Positions 1 through 14,409 of a stretch of 64,000 bases of DNA are shown one piece after another (the stretch's first letter is position 1; every line of letters begins with the position of its first letter). A program made the position numbers and the translations under genes. The DNA is taken from the NCBI RefSeq assembly GCF_009914755.1, contig NC_060928.1; one strand, given 5' to 3'. The DNA comes from the human T2T-CHM13v2.0 reference genome, Homo sapiens. The notes beneath the pieces are model-generated. The model was not told the DNA's origin. It ran no database searches and worked only from the letters and a program-made list of their open reading frames with translations.

Positions 1-782
1 ATCTTTCTTAGGGGTAACATGTCTAAGCAAGTTGTTATCTACACATAAAGATATTTTCCCTTATATTACTTCAGAATATTTAATATTTTCATTAACTAAC
101 AATACTTGGCAAAGCATGTGATTAGTGTCTATAACAAGATTGTTTTTTCTCACTGTCAGATTTTAATCCCCTACTTCCCTTTCAACATTGAATACATATA
201 AACTACGCCAGAATGGTCTTTCTATGTCTTCTTTCTCCAGTAAGCAACATGATGACCGTGGGGTTTTTTGGTGTATGTGGAAGGGGAAGGTGGGTTATGT
301 TGTGGACTGGCATCTGTGTCATATTTTGTTCTTACCAACCATACAGTTAGAACAAAATGGGCAAGAGTGTAACCTCTGAGTAGGACTTTGGAAAGTACCC
401 CCCCCCCCAACATCCTTAATCATTATAAGACTTATTTATAGGAGTAAAATAGTTTCTCATATAAAATTTGAAAACAGCATCTGCAATATAATCAGGCAGG
501 AGGAAAATGGTATATTTAATCACATCACTCCAAGGCAACCATTAATAACTAGTTTTGCTTCTTTCCTTCTAATATTTCTTCTAGAATTGTTTTACATAAT
601 TGAGACTCTTCTGCTATTATATAATAGGCATTTTCCATTATTAAAAATTATTTAACAGAATCATGTTTAAATGCCTTGACAATATACTATTATTTACTTA
701 ATATTTCTTTAATATTAAACTGGCATTTCCAATATCTTTGTATTATTAATTATGCTTTGGTGAATTTGTTTTCTTTCTATCC

Positions 783-1062
783 TTTTTTTTGTTTTGTTTT
801 GAGATAGAGTCTTGCTCAGGCTGGAGTGCAGTGGCGCGATCTCAGCTCACTGCAACCTCCGCCTCCCAGGTTAATGTGATTCTTCTGCCTCAGCCTTCCA
901 AGTAGCTGCGATTACAGGTGCCCACCAGCATGCCTCGCTAATTTTTGTATTTTTGGTAGAGACAGTGTTTCACCATGTTGGCCAGGTTGGTCTCGAACTC
1001 CTGACTTCACGTGATCTGCCTGCCTCAGCCTCCCAAAGTGCTGGGATTACAGGCGTGGGCCA
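783..1062 (-). mobile_element. AluS
   Basis: T-rich tail followed by reverse-complement Alu dimer. Confidence 0.9.
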
Positions 1063-1071
1063 TAAGTAACA

Positions 1072-1234
1072 CAGTGGATCCCTAACTTTTGGGTGCATCC
1101 AAAAGCCCTGAAAGGCCTCATTCCCCAAGTTTCAGGTTCAGTAAAAGTCTGAGCGTGGCCAAATAATTTGTATTTCTAACATTTCAGGTGATGTCAATGC
1201 TGCTGGTCCAGGGACCAAACTTGGAGAATCACTG
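1072..1234. mobile_element. MER5A-like hAT-Charlie MITE
   Basis: Termini CAGTG...CACTG and the typical gctgctggtccagggacca..ttggagaa end. Confidence 0.65.
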
Positions 1235-1974
1235 TAATAATGACATGTAAGGATTTGTTTCAATAATTTCTGAAAAGCAATGCTTCTTCCTTCTATTGTT
1301 GTTTCCATCTTTGATAATGCAGGGAAAAATAATACTTATTTTAGATTAGAAAAGGAAGTAGTAATGTCTATTAAAGGTTTTTAAAAATCTTTTAGTCATT
1401 GGCTTTTGCTAACTCGTTTGCACTGATTGTGGAATCTTACTGGAACCATTTGACCCTGGAGCTACATCACTATACAGCTGGTCTCATTTTTTTTAAGTCA
1501 CCTGCCCTCATTTAATTCATTTCCTTTGGTGTTTTCCTTCCTGTGGAAAGTCTCTGACATCTGTCCTACATACTTCCTTATGAATACAAAAGCTCATCTT
1601 TTTTATTTTTAAGTTTTATGAGTCAATTACTCTTACCCTTTTTGTATTTGTGATGTTTTCATTCCTTATGTTTTCAAAAGACACTCTAGTCTATAATTAT
1701 TTATGATTGCTCTTTAAAAAAATTTTTAAACATCTTTTACTACATTCTGTTGACATATTTAGGTCTGAGCCTAATGTCAAATACTAGCAGCAGATGACTT
1801 CTCACTTCACTGGCACCATCATGTGGTGAAATTGTGCGCTACATCGAAACATTTGCCAACATGGTGCCATTTCATCACATCTTATGTATAGATAACACTG
1901 AAATTGGAACTATCATAATAAGTTAGGGAATCTGAAATAATCCTGTTACTTTAGTAAATTCACAGAAAAGTAAG

Positions 1975-2140
1975 CACCAATGATTAAGTATGTGGACACT
2001 GAAGTCAATTACATGAGCTCAAAGCCAGACTTTTATACTATCATGTAACATTTGGGCACATTGGTTAATCTCCCTGAGTCTCAGTTTCCCTGTATGTAAA
2101 ATGGGATAACAGTAGCATCTATCTCACAGGGATGTTGACA
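1975..2140 (+). mobile_element. MIR
   Basis: Core ctgagtctcagtttccctgtatgtaaaatgggataa. Confidence 0.7.
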
Positions 2141-3617
2141 ATAGCCATAAAATAGTTTAATAATATCAGCTGCGATTAGTTGTTACCATGCCATCACATT
2201 TGATTTTCCCTTTATGTTCATACCAAGAAAAGAAAATCAGACTTCCCCTGTGAGTTTAGAAAATTATACCAAAATGGAATAATTGTTTTCAGAATTATTA
2301 GAAGTAACATGAAGTTAAAAACTGTAAAAGATAAAGGTTGAAAAAACATTTAAATAAAAGTCATTTTTTTAAAAAGGCAACTTCTGGAAAGAAAGGTCTA
2401 TGAACTCTATTTACCAAGTGAAATTTGAAAATTAATCTCATTATATTAAGCATAATCGACAGTCAAAATAAACAATTGTGAAGATGAGTAACTTAAAACC
2501 TTTTTAAGGGTCAAAAATACTTTTTAAAATTAAAAGTGATTTATAGTCCCCAATCCTCTCAATGATCTATTGAAAGAGAAATGTTTAATTTTATAAATCC
2601 TTGAAAGAGATACATGTGGGACAGATCTGTATGTTGGAAATCTTTCTATTAAAAAATAAATTATTTTATCACGATAATAGTGAGAGTAGAAGAAAGCATG
2701 CAGGGTTGCTGTGATTTGAATGTGTTCCCCAAAGTTAATGTGTTGGAGGCTTCATTTCCAATGCAATGGTGTTGAGAAGTGAAACTTTTGAGAGGTGACT
2801 GGGTCCTGAGGGCTCTACTCTCATTAAGGGATGAATGGAGCCATTATTGCAGGAGTGCATAATTGTCATGGGAGTGGAGTTCCTGATAAAAGGATAAGTT
2901 CAGCCCCCTTCCCTACTCTTTTCCCTTGCCTACTCTTTCCCTCTCTTGCCCTCCAAGCCTTCCACCATGGAATGATGGAGCAAGAAGGCCTCACCAGGTG
3001 TGGGACCCTTGATTCTGGACTTCCCAGCCTCCAGAACTGTAAGGAATAATTTCTCTTCTTTATAAATTACCTAGTCTGTGGCATTCTGTTATAGAAGCAC
3101 AAAACAGACTAAGACATAAAATTGGTGTTGAGGAGTGGGGCTGTTGCTACAACAAATACCTGAAAATGTAGATGTGGCTTTGGAACTGGGTAACAAATAG
3201 AGGCTGGAAGAATTTGGAGGAGCAAATAGAAAAGCCTCGACTGCTGTGAATGGAGCACTGGGCAATTCTGGTGAGAAGACAAGAACTGTGAGGAGAGCCT
3301 AATCTTCTTAAGGATTACTTAAGTGGTCATGACCAGAAGGCTGGTAGAAATATGGACAGTAGAGGCCATTCTGATGAAGTCTCAGATGGAAATAAGAAAC
3401 AATGCATTGGAAACTGGATTAAAAGCTATCCGTGTTTTGCAGAAAATTGTGATGGAACTGTGTCCATTTCCTAGGACTTTGTGGAAGGCAGAACTTAAAA
3501 GAGATGAACTAAAATATCTGGTGGAAGAAGTTTCTAAGCAGCAAATTATTGAAGGAGTTGCATGGATATGTTTAACTGTATACAGCAAAATAAGATAAAA
3601 TGTAAGATATGAAAGCT

Positions 3618-3618
3618 A

Positions 3619-3672
<54 letters not shown>

Positions 3673-3675
3673 GAG
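3618..3675. repeat. (CA)n(GA)n compound microsatellite
   Basis: Seen directly. Confidence 0.95.
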
Positions 3676-3750
3676 GTGATTTAGAATTTATACCGAAAGG
3701 GAAGCAGAGCAGAAAGATTAGGAAAATTTGCAGCCTGGGCATGGAGAGTG

Positions 3751-4421
3751 TGTTGTCCAAAACACCACCAGAATGCCTAAATGGTAGAAAGGAGAGCTTT
3801 ATTGGCAATATCAGTTTGCAAACTGAGAAGAATCAATGGCATGTGCTGAAGGTGCTCTTTTTTGAAGATGAAAAGGGCAGGTTGGCCCTTATGCCTCAAA
3901 GGGCTTGTGCAGTCATACATATTCGGCAGGTTTGGGGAAAAGCTATACATATTTATGTGGAGAGTTGAGTGCATGTGCAATAGGCAGGCATATATAATGT
4001 ATAACCCATGTTCACTTTGGGGTGGGGTTTTGGCATTAAAATGGGGTGAAATTTGGCTCCATGTTAAAAGGTGAACTGTAGGATACGAAGACTGTGCACA
4101 GTCTCTATAAGCTTGCTGAAACTTGCTTAAGGTCTATACTTACTCATTAGGAAAGTGTGTTTATAAGGTAGGTCTTCTGTCCAATCAGAGTTGAAGTGGT
4201 CTGAGTTGTAAATCAGAGTTTATGAGGGCTCTTGATAATTTACATGAAAGCTCCTATTGTTAGGGAGTTTAATAAGAGTGTGTTTATTCTTATAGCCATA
4301 GGAATTTAGAAGTTATCATGTCAGCTGAGCACTGAACCCTCAAAGAAAAGTATCTGTTTCTTTAAACTTGGGGTCTGTCTTAGTTGATAAAGGGGCATCT
4401 CTTTTGGTTTCTCAGGTCACA
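3751..4421 (-). mobile_element. ERV1-class solo LTR (LTR48/MER34-like, family uncertain) nested in the MaLR internal region
   Basis: TG...CA termini; 4-bp flanks AGTG/AGTA; minus-strand AATAAA at ~3798-3803. Confidence 0.7.
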
Positions 4422-6149
4422 AGTAAAATAGTGTCTTTAGGACAGCAAACCGAGGATATGGCCAAGCCACTATTTGCTAAAGAGGTTAGTATGGCTAGCA
4501 GGAAACCAGGTGATATTCATCAAGACCATGGAGAATGACCTGAAAGGAATTTCAGACATCTTTGAGGCTCCCTTCCATCACAGGCCCAGAGCTCTAGAAC
4601 AGAATGGTTTGGGGGGACAACCCACAGTGCCCTCCGTGGGCTTGCTGCCCAGGGCGACTTCCAGACTCTGCTCCCTGTATGCCAGTGCTGTAATCCTGTC
4701 ACCCCAGCAGTGGTTCAAGCAGGCCTGGCTGTGGCTCAGGTTGCCATTCCAGAGGACACAAGCGGTAAGCCTTGGTGGCATCATGTGGTGCTGATTCTGC
4801 AGATGTGTAGAATCCAAGAGCTGTGGGGACATGGTGACTTCCACCTAGATTTCAAAGAATGTGGACAGCCCAGTAGGTCAATGCCTAGTGGTCTTGAGAG
4901 TGGGGCAGCTCCCAAGACCACAAAACTGTAGGGCTACCAGCATGCAACTCCAACCTGGGAAAGCTGGAGGCATGAAATTTCTATCTGAGCACTGCTGGGT
5001 AGACAGTCCACCAAAGCGGTAGGAATGGAGCTGCCCGAGGCCTTAGGGACCCTGCCCCATCCTGGTGTGCCCAGGATGTGGGATATGGAGTCAAAAGAGA
5101 TTATTCTCCAGCTTTAAAACTCATTTTTCTTATTGGATTTTAGACTTGCTTGGGTCCTGTTACTTTCTTCTTGCCTATTTTTCCCTTTTGGAATGGGAAT
5201 GTCTATCCTATGCTGTCACAACATATATATATATTTGGAAGTAGATAACTTGTTAAATTTCACAGGTTCACAACTGGAAAGGAATTTGCCTCAGGGTGAA
5301 TTGTGCCTTGAATCTCACCCATACATGATTTACATGAGACTTCGGTCTTTGGACTTTTGAACTGATGTAGAACAAGACTTTTGGGACAATTGGGATAGAA
5401 TGAATGTATTTTGCATGGTGAGAAGTCATAAAGTTTGAAGACTAGGGGTGGAATGCTGTGGTTTGAATGTGTCCTCTGAAATTCACGTTAGAGGCTTGAT
5501 CCCCAATGCAACAGTGTTGAGAGGTGATTAGGTAATGAGGCCTCTGCCCACATAAACTGATTAATGCCACTTCACAGGAATGAGTTGGTTGTCACAGGAG
5601 TGAGTTCCGCATAAAAGGATGAAGCCAGTCCCCTCCCCACCCACCCCTCTTCCCCTCTCTTGCCCTTCCGTTTTCTGCCATGGAATGACACAGCATTAAG
5701 TCCCTCACCAGAAGTGAGCCCCTCAACCTTGCACTTCTCAGCCCCCAGAACTCTAAGAAGTAAATGTTTATTTTAATCTTTATAAATTACGCCGTCTCAG
5801 GTATTCTGTTACAGCAGCACAAAATGGACTATTTCCCCCAACCCCTTCAACACCATGTATAATCATTAAATAGAATGAGTAATCTTGCCAGAACCACAAT
5901 CTTACATTCAGTTTCCAAACTGTAGTTTCCCCCAGATAGTTAGCATTGTTCAATGAATTTTTGTTATGCCATTATGCAAATGTAGTCTATGTTCATTATC
6001 TCTGTACTTATTAAATTCATCAAAAGCTGTCCAGGAACAGATTTTCTGTTTTGTCAACTACACCCATAATCTTGTTCCCAGATTTTTCATCAGTATTTTC
6101 AGACTGTGAGGGAAGGAAAGCAAGAAATGGGAACAATTTCATGAATTTT

Positions 6150-6390
6150 AAATATGCTGTAACTCTGTTTTAGTACAATAAAATATATAACCGCCGTCTG
6201 CAGTTGCTTCCAGCATACCCCAATCTCAGGGCAGTGCCAGGTTAGTGCAGTTGGTTAGAATGTGGCAATATGTCCATAATTATTTCCCATGTGAATCAAT
6301 TGGCTTGGCTGTGCAGAGAAGAATGTCTTCAGTGTCAATCTGAACTTTTGAGGCCAGCAGTCTGGAAAATCTGTGCCTTTGATTATTGAG
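6150..6390 (+). mobile_element. Ancient tRNA-derived SINE relic (MamSINE1-like)
   Basis: gccaggttagtgcagttggttagaatgtgg resembles a tRNA-Ile 5' half (A box), with no intact cloverleaf. Confidence 0.5.
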
Positions 6391-6399
6391 ATTTGGAGA

Positions 6400-7745
6400 T
6401 TTCCAAAGAACTATTATTGACTGCTAATTCCATTGTGGTTGGAGAACAATACTTTGTATGATTTTCATCCTTATAAATTGAGACTTATAACCCAGAATAT
6501 GGTCTTTCTTGGCACATGTTCAGTATGCATAAATATGGCACATCTCTCCATTTATTTAGCTCTTTCATTTAAGCAATGTTTTGTCACTTTAGGGTACAGC
6601 TCTTGCATGTCTTTCATTAAACGTATTCCTAGGTATTTATAATACAGATGCTCCTCAACTTATGATGAGGTTATGTCTGAATAAACCCATCCTAAATGGA
6701 AAATACTGTAAATTGTAGGGGGGTTTTCAACTTAATATTTTCAACTTATGATGGGTTTATCTGAATGTAACCCCATTGTAACCTGAGGAGCATTCTGAAT
6801 GTCTATCACTTTCACATCATTATAAAGTAAAAAAAAATCGTAAGTGAAACCCTCATAAGTCAGGGATCATCTGTACTATTATAAATGGCATATTTTAACA
6901 TGTCATTTTCCAATTGCTGCTTACTAGTATATAAAGTATTTTTTTAATATATACTGAGCTTTTACCCCATGACTTCAACATCCAGTAGACGTTGAAGATT
7001 TTCCACATGTACAGTCTACAAAAACAATTTATTTAGTAGCTTTGAAAAACAGATTTTCTACATAGACCACTGTGAATAGACAGTTTTGCACTTTTGTAAT
7101 ATTTATCTTTTATTATTTTAATTATTTATTGTACTGTCTAGAATTTCTGATACAAAGCTGAATAGAAGTGATGAGAGCCGACAGCTTTACCTTGTTCCCA
7201 ATCTTAGGATTGGATATTTCACCATTAAGCATAATAGCTATTGATCTTTCATAGATGTCCTTTATAAAGTTCTCTTTTATTTCTAGTTTTGTGATTGTTG
7301 TCATCATGAGTTAGCAATAAAATATGTCAAATGCTTTTTCCGCCATTATTAAGATTTTCTCCTTTATTAATGTTGTAAATTATTGTTGATTAATGTTGGG
7401 CAAATCTTGCATTCTGGATAAACTGCAATTGGCGATTTTATTTTATTTTTTTCTGGGTTCAATTTGCCAGTATTTTCTATAGGAATTTTGCATCTGTATT
7501 AGTGAGTAATATTAATTTGTGTTTTTTTTCCCTCTAATGTCTGTTAGATTTTTCCGAAGGTTCTGCTGTTATTCCTTCCTCCTCTATTCTCTGAGTTTAC
7601 ATAAAATTGACATTGTGTGTTCTTTAAATGCTGGATAGAATTCACTAACGTGGATGGTTTTCTTTGTATTTTTAAATTGCGAATTCAAATTCTGTACCAG
7701 ATGTACAAATACTCAGATTTTCTATTTATTCTTCAGTGTTTTGAT
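6400..7745 (-). mobile_element. Old L1M fragments
   Basis: Antisense ORF2-like text, e.g. degenerate 'FIKDIYERSIAIMLNGE...IGNKVK' in ORF 7122-7307. Confidence 0.7.
6645..6873. mobile_element. Tigger-family MITE (MER47/Tigger5-like)
   Basis: TA|CAGATG...CATCTG|TA; internal inverted repeat. Confidence 0.75.
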
Positions 7746-7772
7746 AAGTTTTTTTTTTTTTTTTCAAAAAAC

Positions 7773-8061
<289 letters not shown>

Positions 8062-8141
8062 CCCAAAACTTTTTATTCTAAGTTATCAGATTTTATTGGT
8101 ATAAATTTGTTTATAATATTATTCTTTTGTGATTTTAATTA

Positions 8142-8342
8142 GAATTTTTCAATCTCAGCACTACTGACATTGGAGGCCAGCAAAATAGCTGTGGGGGACT
8201 GTCCTGTGCATTGCAGAATATTCAGCTGTTTCCCTGACCTCTGCCTTCTGATAGCAGACTCTCCAACTGTGACAACCAAAAATGTCTCTGGACATTGCCA
8301 AATGTTCCCTGGGGGCAAAAAACCCTCTGGTTGAGACCCATG
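8142..8342. mobile_element. MER20
   Basis: ctcagcactactgacatt...gtgacaaccaaaaatgtctctggacattgccaaatg...ggttgaga. Confidence 0.8.
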
Positions 8343-8755
8343 TTTTAATGTCTGTAGAATCTTTAGTGTTCTTTCATTCCAGATACTGGTAATTTCTCTA
8401 TTTTTAAAATGAGTTTTTCTAGAGTTTTGCAGGCTGTACAAAAGAAGACTATGCACTGGACTTGGCCTGTAGACCACAGTTTGCTGATCCTGACTTAGAT
8501 CACTGATTTTTTTTCTTCTTCTCTAATAAAGGTATGAAAAAACTACAAATTTCCCTCTGAGAATACTTTAGTTGTATTTCATAAACTTTGAAATGTTGTA
8601 TTGATGGTTATTAGCCAATTAATGGTTATGGTGAGTGTTTATGAAGGTAACATGAGCTTGACTGTTATTCCAACAAAAGAGCTTACAAACAGACTTTTGG
8701 TTCTGTGTGAGATGAGCAATGAAGAACAGTAAGTACTTTCCCAACTAGTTGATAA

Positions 8756-9340
<585 letters not shown>

Positions 9341-10729
9341 CAGGTTCAAATTTTTTAAATCCTTAAGGCTATCTAGTTGACAGCTGTCTTTAATGTAGAT
9401 CAGTCCTCCTGCCTTTTTTTATTGTCTTCCTTATTAACCTTATTGAAAAGTCCGAACAAATCACATTCAGAATTTATCTCAGTGTTTCCTCACAATCAGA
9501 TTCAGGTTAAACATTTTTGGCAAGAGCTCTACAAAAGTGTATTTCCCATAGCCTCATAATGACAGGTTCATATTTTCGCCAGTATTGGTGATGCTAGCAA
9601 TTTTTTTCCCATGAAGAATCTATTAACATTTTGCAAAACACTAATGTTCCATGGAAATGTGTTCCCTAAGCTGTACTGTTTAGAAAACTTCTGAATAAAA
9701 AAGTGACATGCATGAAAGTGTTTGAGTTTGTAGAACGAAAAGCAGGTAAGGATAAACTCAATTTTAAAATTAACAAACTTCTTCACTTCTAAGGTAGCAC
9801 AAACTGAGCTTTCATCAAACGTAACCCTTACCGAAACAATTGTTCAGATGAGCAACGCCAAGTTTAAAGAAAGGAAGTAAACCGTCTCAAGAACTGTCAA
9901 TCTGTTTGTGTTCGATAGGCTGAGATTTGAAAGGTTTGATTCTGTGTTCTTTCTACTAGATCCTCGGCTTCATTTAGACTTGTGCTTAATTTTCTGTCAT
10001 TGGCTATTGAGTCTACAATCAATCTTTGGAGTAAAAGTGGTAGTCTTTTGGTCCAAATAGTAATAATGAAAATGGTGAGACCAGTAATTCATTTTTTATT
10101 ATTCTGTATTCAGTAAGAATCAACCTGTATCAAATAGCTGAAAAGGCCTGAAGCCTCCCAAATGCATATCATTACACAAATTCTGTGTGAGGACTGACAT
10201 CTTGGTTTCATATACTAATTATACTGCATGGGCCCCATTTATAACCATATCTACTCGTCATTTGATCCTGGCTACTGCCGATGGATGCTATCTTCATCAC
10301 ATTATAGCAAACATTTGGGTGATTAAGTTTTTCTCAAAAATTCTAGATTAGCATACAACGGCTTTACTACTTATATGTCATCTAAGACGTTTTTTAAGAA
10401 TTAGTTACTACTACGCCCAACGCAGTGAGGTAGCAAATATTATGCCTGTTTATTTTCATCTCCATTTCAGGCTTGCGCGCCTTTCCCCCCTCGGGACTTC
10501 CCGAGGACACCCCTGCAGCAGTGAGCCCGAGTCCTGGCTTTGGCTGCATGTTAAGAAATATTAATCAAAATGAATGCGTGCCCTTTAAGAGAAAAAAACT
10601 GTGGGTCCTTCAGCCTTTAAAAACCATGCCGTGGTTTAAAAACTTAAAACTATATTTCGGCAGAACGCTGAGCATTTCTTCAAATCACTCTGAGAAGCTT
10701 GAGTGTCTTTAATTTCACCGGTCTGTCAA

Positions 10730-11410
10730 ACGTAACGCGTCTCTCCCTCACCCCACATTTTAAGTTTCCAAGGAGCGGAAGAAGGGCCTCCGGGGGTCCC
10801 GGCCGCCGCAGGCTGCTGGGGGTGAGGACACGACTCGGCCTCCGTCCGACTCGAGGGTGTCGCGAAGGCCAGGAGGGAACGAAAGTTACCCTCGAACTTC
10901 GGAGGCGAAAGATTTCATGTGGATCTTAAAAAGGGCAAAACCTACCCCAAAGGCCGTAAACCGCCCTCCCCTCCCCCGCCAGAGAACTTCCCGGCGCAGA
11001 GCTTCCGCAGCCTGCTGCAGGCCGGGAGACCTTCACGCTCACTCGCTCTCCGCCACACGCCGGAACTGCGCGGCCACGTCCACGGGGACCCTGGCCATGC
11101 CCCGCACCGCCACCCAGCCCCAGGCGATCCCCGGGCCCCACGCGCCTGCAGTCGGCGCTGCGCCTGCGTGGGAGGATCCGGCGGAAGGGGCGGGGTCAGG
11201 TGGCACTTCCGTGGCTTCGGGCGGGTGAGTATGGGGAGTGCGCGCGGCGTCCAGGAGTCGGGACTGGGCTCCCGCCTACGGCCGCCCTCCCGCCGGGGGG
11301 CCAGCGCGGTCCTCCGGGGCGCCCCCTGGAGGATTTGGGGTGGGGGAAGGAAAAGGAGAGTATTATCGAATATTCTCCTAATATTGATGTTCGGGGTGCG
11401 GATATGTGTG
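10730..11410 (+). promoter_or_regulatory. MMAA: CpG-island promoter of MMAA
   Basis: The only strongly GC/CpG-rich non-repeat block. NRF1-like TGCGCCTGCG (11159-11168), ETS/GABP cores CGGAAG (11182-11187) and CACTTCCG (11204-11211), GC box GGGGCGGGG (11187-11195); no obvious TATA box. Confidence 0.9.
11202..11224 (+). other. MMAA: MMAA non-coding exon 1 (start approximate)
   Basis: Strong donor CGG|GTGAGT at 11224/11225 inside the CpG island. The TSS cannot be fixed from sequence. Confidence 0.75.
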
Positions 11411-13886
11411 GACAGGCAGGAGTCGGCAAATGGGTTCAAATGGAAGCTTTAACAAAGAAAGGCCCTGTACGTAAACAGTGTTTTAAAATTCTCATCTTGG
11501 TTAGGTTTCTCAGGTTATCTCTGAGCCACAGCAAGGCAGCTTTGTTAAGGTGGCTCTTCCCTTGTCGCTGCCAAACCCGGTAAATGGTTAACCTGAGGCC
11601 GCGTCAGAGAAAGCCACTATGACTCCTACCAAAGAGTGAAATTGAAACTCTTTTCTGGGAAATCAAATCCAGGATATAAAAGTTGGATTCAAACTAAAAG
11701 TTACAAACAGTATCTAGGTTCCGTCACATGGCGTGCCGGGCAGGGTCTAAATCTCTTTCAGCAGAGGGCATGCTGTCTTCATATGTATTTCTCATTAGAA
11801 AATGAAAGACGACCTAAACCAAAATAATATAAAAATTTTTTATTATCTGTCTTAAGAGTTGTACCCTAATCCATATGTTTAGAAAACATAAACTAATAAA
11901 ACTTTTCCAACTTGGTAGAAAGCCAAAAGTTTCCAGAAAAACTGTGTGGATTATTCAGCATTTTGCTGTTGTCTACAATGTTCAGAATATTCTTTTACAA
12001 TAATTTTGCACTAAATACCGGTTTGTGTTCAGGGTAACAAGAGGTTTTTAAAAAGTCAAAGACAAGGACAGGTTTTTTAAGGGCTGTATTCTATTAGGAG
12101 AGACAAAACAAGCATGAAAAGTTACATATCCATAAGAAATGTAAATCACCATTTGAGATATTTGAAGATGTCAAAAGAAAACCTTTATTTAGAATGGAAA
12201 GAGCTGGTGAATGCTCGAAACATTTACCATTTAGCTGATTGTTGCCATGTGGGAATGGGGGTCTCTCAAACGCAGATCCGATTTTCTCCAACACAGGCCA
12301 AAGATCTGTATTTTTACGTATTTTTTCTTGATTTTTAATGTTACTTGCAACCAATTTAGTTAACACACACCTTCTGTGGGTGGGCCAGGTGCAACTAGTT
12401 TGTGACCTCTGCAGATTTTCACCTTAGTACAGTCCTACACTTACACAATGGTTCAGTTAAAGATTTTTTGACTTTACAGTGGGTTTATCCAGACACAGAC
12501 CCGATTGTAAGATGAAGACTCTTTGTATTCAGAAATAATTGGAATTAGAGGTCAGAAAAAGTCCTAGAGACTGGGATGGTCAGGAAAGATTTTAAGCTGG
12601 GTAGTATAGGAGAGATATCATAGAGGGGGAAGGATGTAAAAGATGAGTTAAATCTTGGGGTTGGGAGAGTTGGCAGGTTTGGAAGATAGTAAACTCTCCT
12701 TAGAGGAATTTTGGAAAGGCAAGCGCAAGAGGTGCTGCTGGCCTGGGGACTACACTTTGAGAACCACTGTCCTAGGGTACGGTGAACTTTTGGAGGAATT
12801 TGAGTAGGAGGCTAAGGAGATCACATTCACCTTTCAGAATGAGTCTTGCTGTGAAGTCTGAAAGGAGGACTGAGGAGGGAGAGAGAAAAGAGGAAAGTTT
12901 CTTAGAGGTGATTAGCACCTGCTTGATGCCAGGCCCTGTGCCAGGCTCTCTCATGCATACTCATTTATACTCACCATGATCCTGATACGTAGATCTTAAT
13001 GTTTTCATTTTGTAAGTGAAGGAACTTTGAGAATATGAGAAATTACCCAGGTTCCATAGTTGGTCTCAGAGCTTCCTAGTTCAAGCCTGGATTTGAAATA
13101 GGGTGGTAGCAGTGGGAATCAAAACATTTAATGGTGATGGAATTTAGAAAAATAGAGACTTCTCAAGCACATTTAAGCCTAAAAGTAGGAATTGGGAAAT
13201 CTGAATCTTACTGGAAAAGTGATAAAAAGTAAAGTGGACAGAGAACTTTAGAGAATCCCTTCATGAATTTGGTATTTGTTCTTTATTACTCTTAACTCAT
13301 GATGACCTATTTAAAACCTATTTAAAAGTTGCTTATTTAAGAAGTCATCCTGCTCTACAAAAGTTTCCTGAAATTATTTGAAAAAGAGAAAATAAAGCCT
13401 TCTGTGGTTGGGGGGGGTGGAATATGGTAAACAGATTAATGGCATTTGACAGCTTATCTTCAAATCAAAAGTGATTAGCATTGAGAAATGGAAACACTTG
13501 GTACAACACTGCATTGCCTGTACGAATTGTGCTGTGCTGCAGACACTGATCTACTGTATTGATTTAGGAAATTCTGTATGCTTTTTCTTGCCAGAGTAGT
13601 TATTGAAATTGAGAATATTCATTGGATCAATTTCAAGATAAATATCCCAAGTCAGACTGGCTGCTGCTGAGCAAATTTTTAATGAAGGAAAATATCCATA
13701 TATTGAAATCAGTTTAAAAAGAAAGTCCTTAAAATATATTACTGTAAAATCTAGAAAAAAATGTACATTTTAGAAACATCAATTAACTGAGTAATCAGTG
13801 TAGTGGAGTTATTGACCCATGCAGAATTATGGTGTACATTCATTAATTCTGTGAGCAAATAATTGTGCTATAAATACAAAGATAAC

Positions 13887-14256
13887 TGATATGGTTTGGC
13901 TGTGTCCCTACCCAAATCACATCTTGAATTGTAACTCCCACAATCCCCATGTGTCATGGGAGGAGCCTGGTGAGAGGTGATTGAATTATGGGGACAGGTC
14001 TTTCCTGTGCTGTTCTCATGATAGTGAATGAGTCTCATGGGATCTGATGGTTTTAAAAATGGGAGTTTCCCTACACAAGCTCTCTCTTTCCTTGCTGCCA
14101 TCCATGTAAGACATGACTTGCTCCTCCTTGCCTTCAGCCATGATTGTGAGGCTTCCTCAGCCACATAGAACTGTAAGTCCATTAAACCCTTTTTCCTGTA
14201 TAAATTACCCAGTCTCGGGTATGTCTTTATCAGCAGCCTGAAATCAGACTAATATA
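13887..14256 (+). mobile_element. THE1 solo LTR
   Basis: TGATATGGTTTGGCTGTGTCC...CAGACTAATA; intact DUX4 motif TGATTGAATTA at 13978-13988. Confidence 0.9.
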
Positions 14257-14409
14257 CTAGATATGGCCTACTTTTGAGATATCTTACTGAATCTTGTAAA
14301 GCTGGGGAATTTCTCTTGTATTTTGATAGTGCTTAGCTTACAAATTGTAGGATGAAGCCATATTCTCGGGAATCATGAAAATTAGTTGAAACATTTTGAT
14401 TTGATTATT

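Larger units (their letters stand above)
2707..5831 (+). mobile_element. Two-LTR MaLR element (MSTD/MLT1A-like): LTR 2707-3116, internal region, LTR 5454-5831
   Basis: Two homologous direct LTRs starting TGCTGTG(A/G)TTTGAATGTG and ending ...gcacaaaa..gacta; MaLR-int sequence; purine-rich tract before the 3' LTR. Confidence 0.85.

Noticed and set aside
6236-6275. tRNA-like sequence
   Set aside because: Only a degenerate 5' half, with no T-arm/B box or acceptor stem; better explained as a SINE relic.
10699-11583. Many overlapping 70-177 aa ORFs on both strands
   Set aside because: Expected from stop-codon scarcity in a CpG island; R/P/G/A-rich with no recognisable domain.
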